64,000 nucleotides of DNA from Rhodosorus marinus CCMP1338 (Eukaryota > Plantae > Rhodophyta). Both the position numbers and the translations under genes were made by a program. Location of the stretch: the NCBI GenBank assembly GCA_029953675.1, contig JAMWBK010000004.1:620001-684000 (forward strand), in the 5' to 3' direction. This document shows, piece by piece, positions 48,326-59,494 of the stretch. Under the pieces are notes generated by a model. It saw nothing but the letters and a program-made list of their open reading frames with translations, was not told the origin of the DNA and did no database searches. Within the stretch, counting starts at the first letter, position 1. Each line of letters starts with the position of its first letter.

Positions 48326-50066
48326 CGTCCTTGTCCTACGGCATTCGAACGCCTTTTATTTTTGGAGGGGGGATGGGGGAGGACAGGAGGAGATTTTTAC
48401 TGCCGACTTGAATGAGAAATCCTGGAGCTGTTCGTGGTGAACAGCGTCCCACATTCTCGTAGTTGGTACATTGTACCCCCCCAGCAGAGTGGAATATTAA
48501 CTGCGGATGGCAAGGCCAACGACTCGTAGGCTGACTAGGCCGCATCAACTCTTCGTCGCCGTAGGGACGTCGTTACGTGGAGAGCAAGTGTCGCAGCCTT
48601 CTCTTCCCCGGACTGATGCCAGGCTTTCGGGTTGTAAATAGTCTTGGTCCCCTAGACGGCTCGGGCTTTGTTGAGCGGCCACCTTGCGGGTGGACATCTC
48701 GTGCTTTCAGCTTGTACTGGAGTAACACCTGGCTTTGGGACTCCAGAAGATCGATCACTAGGGTCTCATGAAGAGTCAATAATTTGACCTGCAACGTACG
48801 GGAGCTGATAAAAAAAGTAACTCTGTCTCGCGGCCAAGGACGTTCCCCACCCAAACTTGTGTCATAGTACGTACGCTTCCAGTGGCTGGGAAAACACATT
48901 GGGTTGGTCTGGCTTCGTTCACGATTATCTGTTCCAATCTACTCACCAGCTCAAGCCGATTCCGTTCGGCAGAGTGGGCTTTTTCTGATTCCACCGGGGT
49001 TGCTCAGGGTCTTTCGAGAGCTTGCGGGTAACGGTACCAGGGGATGTCCCAATTGACGCAATTGAAAGTGGCTTAGATTGCTCTCCATTGGGCTGATTGG
49101 CAAGCCATATAGCCGACTTCACCGGCTTCGTCCAGATTTGGATGCCCCATTGGCCCGATTGGCAAGCATATCTCCGATTCCATCTGGGTCGTTAGGGTGC
49201 TGATGCGGCAAAGCCTACCCCAAGGCTGGATGTGGGGGATTAGGAGGGTTGCAGGAAGGTTTTTCTGATCCCGCAGGGTTGTTCAGGGTTTCCTGACGAG
49301 GTCCGAAAACGGTCTAGATTTCAACCTTTTTGATGCCCCATTCGCCCCATTAGTAAACCAGGTCACGGATTCCTACCAATGGGCTCAGGGCCAATTTTCC
49401 TACTGATTAGCAGGAAAATTTCGTATTCTGGATGGTTGGGGAATAATATGGGGAAGGAGAGAAGATTTTAGATATTGTTTTCTATTTTTGTAGAGCGGTT
49501 GTCATCTCCGTCCAATAAAAAACGTCTAATTGCGTTTTCCATAAAATATTGGACGGTCCGATACACGTTTGTCGGACCTATATCTAGAAATAGTAGAAGG
49601 TATATTCTGTGGACCACACCGTCCGATATGAGTTTATCAGACCGGAATATAAAAGAAATAATGGGTTTCATCCGATAAGTAGTAAATAATCCGATAACCA
49701 CCGATTGGGGTCCGATCGATTTTTTTCCGCGCTGTATGGGTCGTTTGCCCTCTCGACTAAGGTTTGATTTTCATTCAATACGTGAGGTTTATGATTACCT
49801 TTTTCTTTGGAATCCCAAAGGTGGTTTTTGCTTTTGCTGAACAGATGCTGTGACAGCCTGTAGTGTTCAGAAGTAATCATAATTCACCTACCTTTTGTTA
49901 TCGTTCAGAGTTGCCTTTTGCATATATGTACATGTGAATGGGTTAATAGAGAGGTCGGAGGAGCATGGGGAGAGGGTGGGAGAGGGAGAGGGAGGATACT
50001 ACATTGAGAGTTGTGAACTGAGAGCGTTTGCGGGGTGGGAGGGGATTGGAGGTGAGAGTAGAGGCG

Positions 50067-51026
50067 ATGGCTTGGAATCCTGTGCCTGGTGGTGGTGGTG
50101 GTAGTGGTTTTGGTTGGTTGAGGAGGCTGAAAAAGAAGCATGTACTGGTTCTCGCTTGTGTAGTTCTTGCATTCTCCATCGTGGGGATAGTTTTGATAGC
50201 AAAGATCGACAAGACCGATACGGCGTATTCGCTCGATACGACGTGGAGGAGGACGGAGCCCGATGCGAAGGAGAGATATGTGCGGATGATACCCAAGGTG
50301 ATCTGGCAGACTGTGAAATCTCATGAAGTACCGAAGCTGGCTTACGATGCGGGCGGGAGCTGGACGCACCTAAATCCAACGTACGATCGGATTGTCCTGG
50401 ATGATTCGGAGGTCCTGCAGTTTGTGAAGCGGTTCTACAACGAGACGGAGTTTGATCTGTTCAAGAGCATGCCTGTAGGGGTAATGAAGGCGGACTTTTT
50501 CAGGTATATGGTTGTTTACATTCACGGTGGGGTCTACGCCGATGCGGATACGATAAACCACAAGAGTATCGACGAGTGGGTCGACAGCGACTGCCAGTTT
50601 GTCGTTGCACCGGAGGATAACGACGGGTTTTTCTGCCAGTGGGCATTTGCTGCGATACCTCGACATCCGATCCTGAAACGGCTTGTTGACTTAATCTTCG
50701 AAAAGCTGGCGAACGGCCCGGACTACTCCAATCCACATTTTGTTCATGGCGTCACCGGTCCGTCGATATGGACGACCGCAATCAGGGAGGTTTTGGAGAT
50801 ATCCCCGGACGAAAAGCTGAACCCGTTCATTCTAACCGATCGGGCGAAGACGCTCAGAAGGGACCAAGGAATCTGCTGGTTGACGATAAAGGAGCTCGAC
50901 GAAGCCCTGAGCAACCTGTCCGCTCATGACAACCCGGCTTTTGTCGAGGTTGGTTGGTCAAACTGGTTCGCAGAAGCGGGCGACTTGCGCAAGAAATTAG
51001 CTTCCGAGACATCCAACGAAGAATAA
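50067..51026 (+). CDS. GT32 paralog C, copy 1, 319 aa
   Basis: ATG at 50067, basic N-tail plus TM helix, IPKVIWQT, GGVYADAD, FCQWAF, TGP. Confidence 0.92.
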   Translation: MAWNPVPGGGGGSGFGWLRRLKKKHVLVLACVVLAFSIVGIVLIAKIDKTDTAYSLDTTWRRTEPDAKERYVRMIPKVIWQTVKSHEVPKLAYDAGGSWTHLNPTYDRIVLDDSEVLQFVKRFYNETEFDLFKSMPVGVMKADFFRYMVVYIHGGVYADADTINHKSIDEWVDSDCQFVVAPEDNDGFFCQWAFAAIPRHPILKRLVDLIFEKLANGPDYSNPHFVHGVTGPSIWTTAIREVLEISPDEKLNPFILTDRAKTLRRDQGICWLTIKELDEALSNLSAHDNPAFVEVGWSNWFAEAGDLRKKLASETSNEE

Positions 51027-51611
51027 ATGCGGCGAAGAGGGAATTCAGAGTCCCCTGGTTCTCAAAGAAGACACCGTCGAGCTCGGGGTGGGACACTGTT
51101 CATCTGAAGAACGAAACCTTGGTCGGGACGGGCAGGCTTTGGCCCTTTCTCTGAATACCGATCGGAGCGCTACGGGATCGGACTGGAAGTTGAACGAGGG
51201 TGAAATTTCTCCATATAAGGACACCTGGAGGGTTGCTTGGTGCAGGATTTTTATTTTGGAAAGGATCCGATTGAAGTCCACTGAGGCAACAGCGGTCGAG
51301 CGGAGCTCTGTGAGGGGCGAAGGGGGAAAAATAGAGCGCGTGCTTATTAGTCGGTCAGAATATTTAATTTAAAGCGATCAGAAACACAAGTTTGTGTACC
51401 CTTCATCGAAATGTGAAAGCTTCCCAGTCGAGTTGAGTGGTATTACTACTACCGTATCTGGACCTCGTCAGTAGTGCGCGGTCCAAGAGAGAGAGGAGAG
51501 GTAGTGCTGCAACTTTGCACGCTTGGTCTGGATGTGGCCCCCAGTCGAGCTGAGTGGTAGTATTTGGACCTCGTCAGTTCTGATAGGTCCAAGAGAGAGA
51601 GGAGAGGTAGT

Positions 51612-51929
51612 GAGAGGTTATCTGGGGATGTGGATTATACGAGAATTTTGTATATTGGCACTGCTGCGTTCACACATTCGATAAGGGAAGTTTTGAGCAT
51701 TTCTCCCGAGGAGAAGCTACAGATATTTATTCTGACAGAAGAGGCAAAGGCAATGCGCAAGGATGGAATCTGCTGGAAGACTATGCAGGAACTGGATGCG
51801 GCGTTGAGGAACGCCTTTGCCCACGGGAAGGAAGAGCACCTGAAGGAAGAATGGTCAAACTGGCTAGAGGAGGCGGGGAAAATGAACGATGTTGCCTCTG
51901 GGCAAGCTGCCCGGGCGTCACAGAATTGA
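51612..51929 (+). pseudogene. 3' fragment of GT32 paralog A (a'), copy 1
   Basis: Matches A from 45306 to its stop (12 nt shorter); lacks the start codon, TM helix and DxD. Confidence 0.88.
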
Positions 51930-52284
51930 TTCGAGTACCATTTCCATGCGAATATGGGAGCCGCTTTAGTAGTCAAGCCTAGTACGCGAGCTCTCTGAGG
52001 AGAGCGCTGAAGGGGGTGCTTCCCGTAATGAATCGGGAGCTAGCTTCTTCAAGTTGGCGAGCATAACGTGGCTCTGAGTCGGGGTCATCATAGCGCTTCT
52101 TGGCTGAGCTCACTATCTCCTGAGACGAGGGATCTGATGGAATGCCAAGAGAGATATGCATGACTCGAGGGTTGGTTACAAGAATCGAGGACTTCCCCAT
52201 CCGATACAATGTACAACGGACACGACTGGTATGCGGGCGCGAAATGTCTCACTTGTCTGAGAACAAAAATGAAAAGAAAGCCTA

Positions 52285-52341
52285 GCAAGGGCAGGTTGAT
52301 GCATGCGCTGGAGGTTGCAGCATGCATCAACCTGCCCTTGC
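52285..52341. repeat. Perfect 22-bp inverted repeat with 13-nt loop
   Basis: gcaagggcaggttgatgcatgc / gcatgcatcaacctgcccttgc; repeated at 57872-57928. Confidence 0.9.
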
Positions 52342-53021
52342 GGAAGGAAAAAACCAAAGCCAAGCGCAGTAAAAACTTCCTAAAGGCAGAATTTAGTAAG
52401 CCAGCGCCTCATCGCCATCGCGAAAGACAATCACGGAAGCCATGCAGAGTCTCGCCAGACGGTTTAAACGAATCCTGAGACCTCGATGACAACGAACCGA
52501 CGGACGGCGAAGAGGGCGGTCCCTTTTTTTGTAACGACCTCGTCCATGTTGTCGATGAATAGTCTCTAGCGCGCCAAAAGTCCAGGTCTTCATCACTTTC
52601 TGCCCTTTTTCAGGTCACGTTGGAGGAGACGATGACGCAGACGAAGACGAAGACTTGAGATCGGGGAGAGCGGAGTTAGCGACGAGGGGGGTTAACGGGC
52701 AAGGAAGTGTTGGCATTGAAGGAGTTCGTGGAGGTGGGGAAAGTGGGGTGGTTGTGGAGGGGCTTGGAGTGGATTATGGTGGCTGTTTGGGAAGGAAAGA
52801 GGGATGGAGAGTTAGACATACATATCTTTGACGGTATAGAGATAGGTCAGAATTTGGAGGGTTTGGATTGGGTCGAGAGTTAGATCAGAGTATTGGAGAG
52901 AGGTTGAAAGGAGGACGTTTACTTGTCAGTTTTTTTTCTGTCTCTTGGGGATCTGTTGGTTGACTTGTTTTGGATGTGAAGACTTCCCGGGAGAGATTAG
53001 CATCCCAAGACGCCCATTTCG

Positions 53022-53909
53022 ATGAGGTCCAAGCTCGCAATCGCGACTAGTATTCTAATGGCTTCAAGCCTGTTACTCCTGGCGTGGTTTCTTCAAGTTG
53101 ACGATTCAGTGTACACTCTGGAGACGACCTGGCGGAGCGTTGAACCGAAGCCACGTGATTTGTTCACGCGGAGGATCCCCAACGTGATCTGGCAGACGGT
53201 GAAAACCCATGAGGTCCCGAGGATGGCGTACAGAGGTGGGAACAGCTGGACAAGACTGAATCCAACCTACGATCGGATCGTGCTGGACGATTTGGAAGTT
53301 GTGGAGTTTGTGGAGAGGTACTACAACGAGACGGAGGTTGAGCTATTTAAGAGCATGCCAGTCGGGGTAATGAAGGCGGACTTGTTCAGGTATATGGTAC
53401 TCTACATTCACGGAGGGGTGTATGCGGATGCGGACACGAGAGACCATCGGGCGATTAACCAATGGATCAGTCCGGACTGTGAGTTTGTCGTTGGGGTGGA
53501 GGGTAACGGTGCGTTCTTCTGTCAGTGGGCGTTCGCGTCGGGGCCTCGTCATCCAATCCTCAAGCGGCTGGTGAAGAAAATCTTCGATAAGCTGGCGAAT
53601 GGGCTCGAATTCGAATTCTCCAGTCCGCACTTTGTCCACCGCGTGACCGGCCCGGCGATATTCACCGATGCAATTAGGGAATCTCTGGGCTTCTCTAGGG
53701 AGGACAGGCCGGTTGATATCATACGTTCGGAACGCGGAATGGAGCTGAGAAAGGAGGGAATCTGCTGGCTCACCCACGTTCAGCTCAGCTTCGCTTTGAG
53801 CAACATGTTCGCCCACCAGAGGCCGGACTTTACCCAGTCCGGGTGGTCAAACTGGTTCGAAGAGGCCGTAGAAATCAACGAGGAAGCGACTAGAGAAAAC
53901 CCGTCGTAG
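53022..53909 (+). CDS. GT32 paralog B, copy 2 (ATG and intact ORF), 295 aa
   Basis: ATG at 53022, TM helix, IPNVIWQT, GGVYADADTRD, FCQWAF, TGP. Confidence 0.92.
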   Translation: MRSKLAIATSILMASSLLLLAWFLQVDDSVYTLETTWRSVEPKPRDLFTRRIPNVIWQTVKTHEVPRMAYRGGNSWTRLNPTYDRIVLDDLEVVEFVERYYNETEVELFKSMPVGVMKADLFRYMVLYIHGGVYADADTRDHRAINQWISPDCEFVVGVEGNGAFFCQWAFASGPRHPILKRLVKKIFDKLANGLEFEFSSPHFVHRVTGPAIFTDAIRESLGFSREDRPVDIIRSERGMELRKEGICWLTHVQLSFALSNMFAHQRPDFTQSGWSNWFEEAVEINEEATRENPS

Positions 53910-55653
53910 CGTCCTTGTCCTACGGCATTCGAACGCCTTTTATTTTTGGAGGGGGGATGGGGGAGGACAGGAGGAGATTTTTACTGCCGACTTGAATGAG
54001 AAATCCTGGAGCTGTTCGTGGTGAACAGCGTCCCACATTCTCGTAGTTGGTACATTGTACCCCCCCCCAGCAGAGTGGAATATTAACTGCGGATGGCAAG
54101 GCCAACGACTCGTAGGCTGACTAGGCCGCATCAACTCTTCGTCGCCGTAGGGACGTCGTTACGTGGAGAGCAAGTGTCGCAGCCTTCTCTTCCCCGGACT
54201 GATGCCAGGCTTTCGGGTTGTAAATAGTCTTGGTCCCCTAGACGGCTCGGGCTTTGTTGAGCGGCCACCTTGCGGGTGGACATCTCGTGCTTTCAGCTTG
54301 TACTGGAGTAACACCTGGCTTTGGGACTCCAGAAGATCGATCACTAGGGTCTCATGAAGAGTCAATAATTTGACCTGCAACGTACGGGAGCTGATAAAAA
54401 AAGTAACTCTGTCTCGCGGCCAAGGACGTTCCCCACCCAAACTTGTGTCATAGTACGTACGCTTCCAGTGGCTGGGAAAACACATTGGGTTGGTCTGGCT
54501 TCGTTCACGATTATCTGTTCCAATCTACTCACCAGCTCAAGCCGATTCCGTTCGGCAGAGTGGGCTTTTTCTGATTCCACCGGGGTTGCTCAATGTCTTT
54601 CGAGAGCTTGCGGGTAACGGTACCAGGGGATGTCCCAATTGACGCAATTGAAAGTGGCTTAGATTGCTCTCCATTGGGCTGATTGGCAAGCCATATAGCC
54701 GACTTCACCGGCTTCGTCCAGATTTGGATGCCCCATTGGCCCGATTGGCAAGCATATCTCCGATTCCATCTGGGTCGTTAGGGTGCTGATGCGGCAAAGC
54801 CTACCCCAAGGCTGGATGTGGGGGATTAGGAGGGTTGCAGGAAGGTTTTTCTGATCCCGCAGGGTTGTTCAGGGTTTCCTGACGAGGTCCGAAAACGGTC
54901 TAGATTTCAACCTTTTTGATGCCCCATTCGCCCCATTAGTAAACCAGGTCACGGATTCCTACCAATGGGCTCAGGGCCAATTTTCCTACTGATTAGCAGG
55001 AAAATTTCGTATTCTGGATGGTTGGGGAATAATATGGGGAAGGAGAGAAGATTTTAGATATTGTTTTCTATTTTTGTAGAGCGGTTGTCATCTCCGTCCA
55101 ATAAAAAACGTCTAATTGCGTTTTCCATAAAATATTGGACGGTCCGATACACGTTTGTCGGACCTATATCTAGAAATAGTAGAAGGTATATTCTGTGGAC
55201 CACACCGTCCGATATGAGTTTATCAGACCGGAATATAAAAGAAATAATGGGTTTCATCCGATAAGTAGTAAATAATCCGATAACCACCGATTGGGGTCCG
55301 ATCGATTTTTTTCCGCGCTGTATGGGTCGTTTGCCCTCTCGACTAAGGTTTGATTTTCATTCAATACGTGAGGTTTATGATTACCTTTTTCTTTGGAATC
55401 CCAAAGGTGGTTTTTTGCTTTTGCTGAACAGATGCTGTGACAGCCTGTAGTGTTCAGAAGTAATCATAATTCACCTACCTTTTGTTATCGTTCAGAGTTG
55501 CCTTTTGCATATATGTACATGTGAATGGGTTAATAGAGAGGTCGGAGGAGCATGGGGAGAGGGTGGGAGAGGGAGAGGGAGGATACTACATTGAGAGTTG
55601 TGAACTGAGAGCGTTTGCGGGGTGGGAGGGGATTGGAGGTGAGAGTAGAGGCG

Positions 55654-56613
55654 ATGGCTTGGAATCCTGTGCCTGGTGGTGGTGGTGGTAGTGGTTTTGG
55701 TTGGTTGAGGAGGCTGAAAAAGAAGCATGTACTGGTTCTCGCTTGTGTAGTTCTTGCATTCTCCATCGTGGGGATAGTTTTGATAGCAAAGATCGACAAG
55801 ACCGATACGGCGTATTCGCTCGATACGACGTGGAGGAGGACGGAGCCCGATGCGAAGGAGAGATATGTGCGGATGATACCCAAGGTGATCTGGCAGACTG
55901 TGAAATCTCATGAAGTACCGAAGCTGGCTTACGATGCGGGCGGGAGCTGGACGCACCTAAATCCAACGTACGATCGGATTGTCCTGGATGATTCGGAGGT
56001 CCTGCAGTTTGTGAAGCGGTTCTACAACGAGACGGAGTTTGATCTGTTCAAGAGCATGCCTGTAGGGGTAATGAAGGCGGACTTTTTCAGGTATATGGTT
56101 GTTTACATTCACGGTGGGGTCTACGCCGATGCGGATACGATAAACCACAAGAGTATCGACGAGTGGGTCGACAGCGACTGCCAGTTTGTCGTTGCACCGG
56201 AGGATAACGACGGGTTTTTCTGCCAGTGGGCATTTGCTGCGATACCTCGACATCCGATCCTGAAACGGCTTGTTGACTTAATCTTCGAAAAGCTGGCGAA
56301 CGGCCCGGACTACTCCAATCCACATTTTGTTCATGGCGTCACCGGTCCGTCGATATGGACGACCGCAATCAGGGAGGTTTTGGAGATATCCCCGGACGAA
56401 AAGCTGAACCCGTTCATTCTAACCGATCGGGCGAAGACGCTCAGAAGGGACCAAGGAATCTGCTGGTTGACGATAAAGGAGCTCGACGAAGCCCTGAGCA
56501 ACCTGTCCGCTCATGACAACCCGGCTTTTGTCGAGGTTGGTTGGTCAAACTGGTTCGCAGAAGCGGGCGACTTGCGCAAGAAATTAGCTTCCGAGACATC
56601 CAACGAAGAATAA
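55654..56613 (+). CDS. GT32 paralog C, copy 2, 319 aa
   Basis: Protein identical to copy 1. Confidence 0.9.
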   Translation: MAWNPVPGGGGGSGFGWLRRLKKKHVLVLACVVLAFSIVGIVLIAKIDKTDTAYSLDTTWRRTEPDAKERYVRMIPKVIWQTVKSHEVPKLAYDAGGSWTHLNPTYDRIVLDDSEVLQFVKRFYNETEFDLFKSMPVGVMKADFFRYMVVYIHGGVYADADTINHKSIDEWVDSDCQFVVAPEDNDGFFCQWAFAAIPRHPILKRLVDLIFEKLANGPDYSNPHFVHGVTGPSIWTTAIREVLEISPDEKLNPFILTDRAKTLRRDQGICWLTIKELDEALSNLSAHDNPAFVEVGWSNWFAEAGDLRKKLASETSNEE

Positions 56614-57198
56614 ATGCGGCGAAGAGGGAATTCAGAGTCCCCTGGTTCTCAAAGAAGACACCGTCGAGCTCGGGGTGGGACACTGTTCATCTGAAGAACG
56701 AAACCTTGGTCGGGACGGGCAGGCTTTGGCCCTTTCTCTGAATACCGATCGGAGCGCTACGGGATCGGACTGGAAGTTGAACGAGGGTGAAATTTCTCCA
56801 TATAAGGACACCTGGAGGGTTGCTTGGTGCAGGATTTTTATTTTGGAAAGGATCCGATTGAAGTCCACTGAGGCAACAGCGGTCGAGCGGAGCTCTGTGA
56901 GGGGCGAAGGGGGAAAAATAGAGCGCGTGCTTATTAGTCGGTCAGAATATTTAATTTAAAGCGATCAGAAACACAAGTTTGTGTACCCTTCATCGAAATG
57001 TGAAAGCTTCCCAGTCGAGTTGAGTGGTATTACTACTACCGTATCTGGACCTCGTCAGTAGTGCGCGGTCCAAGAGAGAGAGGAGAGGTAGTGCTGCAAC
57101 TTTGCACGCTTGGTCTGGATGTGGCCCCCAGTCGAGCTGAGTGGTAGTATTTGGACCTCGTCAGTTCTGATAGGTCCAAGAGAGAGAGGAGAGGTAGT

Positions 57199-57516
57199 GA
57201 GAGGTTATCTGGGGATGTGGATTATACGAGAATTTTGTATATTGGCACTGCTGCGTTCACACATTCGATAAGGGAAGTTTTGAGCATTTCTCCCGAGGAG
57301 AAGCTACAGATATTTATTCTGACAGAAGAGGCAAAGGCAATGCGCAAGGATGGAATCTGCTGGAAGACTATGCAGGAACTGGATGCGGCGTTGAGGAACG
57401 CCTTTGCCCACGGGAAGGAAGAGCACCTGAAGGAAGAATGGTCAAACTGGCTAGAGGAGGCGGGGAAAATGAACGATGTTGCCTCTGGGCAAGCTGCCCG
57501 GGCGTCACAGAATTGA
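57199..57516 (+). pseudogene. 3' fragment of GT32 paralog A (a'), copy 2
   Basis: Same translation as 51612-51929. Confidence 0.88.
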
Positions 57517-58606
57517 TTCGAGTACCATTTCCATGCGAATATGGGAGCCGCTTTAGTAGTCAAGCCTAGTACGCGAGCTCTCTGAGGAGAGCGCTGAAGG
57601 GGGTGCTTCCCGTAATGAATCGGGAGCTAGCTTCTTCAAGTTGGCGAGCATAACGTGGCTCTGAGTCGGGGTCATCATAGCGCTTCTTGGCTGAGCTCAC
57701 TATCTCCTGAGACGAGGGATCTGATGGAATGCCAAGAGAGATATGCATGACTCGAGGGTTGGTTACAAGAATCGAGGACTTCCCCATCCGATACAATGTA
57801 CAACGGACACGACTGGTATGCGGGCGCGAAATGTCTCACTTGTCTGAGAACAAAAATGAAAAGAAAGCCTAGCAAGGGCAGGTTGATGCATGCGCTGGAG
57901 GTTGCAGCATGCATCAACCTGCCCTTGCGGAAGGAAAAACCAAAGCCAAGCGCAGTAAAAACTTCCTAAAGGCAGAATTTAGTAAGCCAGCGCCTCATCG
58001 CCATCGCGAAAGACAATCACGGAAGCCATGCAGAGTCTCGCCAGACGGTTTAAACGAATCCTGAGACCTCGATGACAACGAACCGACGGACGGCGAAGAG
58101 GGCGGTCCCTTTTTTGTAACGACCTCGTCCATGTTGTCGATGAATAGTCTCTAGCGCGCCAAAAGTCCAGGTCTTCATCACTTTCTGCCCTTTTTCAGGT
58201 CACGTTGGAGGAGACGATGACGCAGACGAAGACGAAGACTTGAGATCGGGGAGAGCGGAGTTAGCGACGAGGGGGGTTAACGGGCAAGGAAGTGTTGGCA
58301 TTGAAGGAGTTCGTGGAGGTGGGGAAAGTGGGGTGGTTGTGGAGGGGCTTGGAGTGGATTATGGTGGCTGTTTGGGAAGGAAAGAGGGATGGAGAGTTAG
58401 ACATACATATCTTTGACGGTATAGAGATAGGTCAGAATTTGGAGGGTTTGGATTGGGTCGAGAGTTAGATCAGAGTATTGGAGAGAGGTTGAAAGGAGGA
58501 CGTTTACTTGTCAGTTTTTTTTCTGTCTCTTGGGGATCTGTTGGTTGACTTGTTTTGGATGTGAAGACTTCCCGGGAGAGATTAGCATCCCAAGACGCCC
58601 ATTTCG

Positions 58607-59494
58607 ATGAGGTCCAAGCTCGCAATCGCGACTAGTATTCTAATGGCTTCAAGCCTGTTACTCCTGGCGTGATTTCTTCAAGTTGACGATTCAGTGTACA
58701 CTCTCGAGACGACCTGGCGGAGCGTTGAACCGAAGCCACGTGATTTGTTCACGCGGAGGATTCCCAACGTGATCTGGCAGACGGTGAAAACCCATGAGGT
58801 CCCGAGGATGGCGTACAGAGGTGGGAACAGCTGGACAAGACTGAATCCAACCTACGATCGGATCGTGCTGGACGATTTGGAAGTTGTGGAGTTTGTGGAG
58901 AGGTACTAAAACGAGACGGAGGTTGAGCTATTTAAGAGCATGCCAGTCGGGGTAATGAAGGCGGACTTGTTCAGGTAAATGGTACTCTACATTCACGGAG
59001 GGGTGTATGCGGATGCGGAAGCGAGAGACCATCGGGCGATTAACCAATGGATCAGTCCGGACTGTGAGTTTGTCGTTGGGGTGGAGGGTAACGGTGCGTT
59101 CTTCTGTCAGTGGCCGTTCGCGTCGGGGCCTCGTCATCCGATCCTCAAACGGCTGGTGAAGAAAATCTTCGATAAGCTGGCGAATGGGCTCGAATCCGAA
59201 TTCTCCAGTCCGCACTTTGTCCACCGCGTGACCGGCCCGGCGATATTCACCGATGCAATTAGGGAATCTCTGGGCTTCTCTAGGGAGGACAGGCCGGTTG
59301 ATATCATACGTTCGGAACGCGGAATGGAGCTGAGAAAGGAGGGAATCTGCTGGCTCACCCGTGTTCAGCTCAGCTTCGCTTTGAGCAACATGTTCGCCCA
59401 CCAGAGACTGGACTTTACCCAGTCCGGGTGGTCAAACTGGTTCGAAGAGGCCGTAGAAATCAACGAGGAAGCGACTAGAGAAAACCCGTCGTAG
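58607..59494 (+). pseudogene. GT32 paralog B, copy 3, pseudogene
   Basis: ATG retained, but in-frame TGA at 58670, TAA at 58907 and TAA at 58976; DADT changed to DAEA. Confidence 0.92.

Larger units (their letters stand above)
47440..58606 (+). repeat. Near-identical tandem segmental duplication (~5.58 kb x2: ~47440-53021 and ~53024-58606)
   Basis: B, C and a' recur at offsets of 5584-5587. The differences I saw are homopolymer lengths and one gg/at change (~49005 vs ~54593). A third, more diverged unit follows to ~62700. Confidence 0.92.

Noticed and set aside
48336-49380. Broken minus-strand ORFs between B and C (CDTC motif, repeated ccgattggcaagc segments)
   Set aside because: Frameshifted differently in each unit and no diagnostic motif; could be a TE relic but I cannot assign it.
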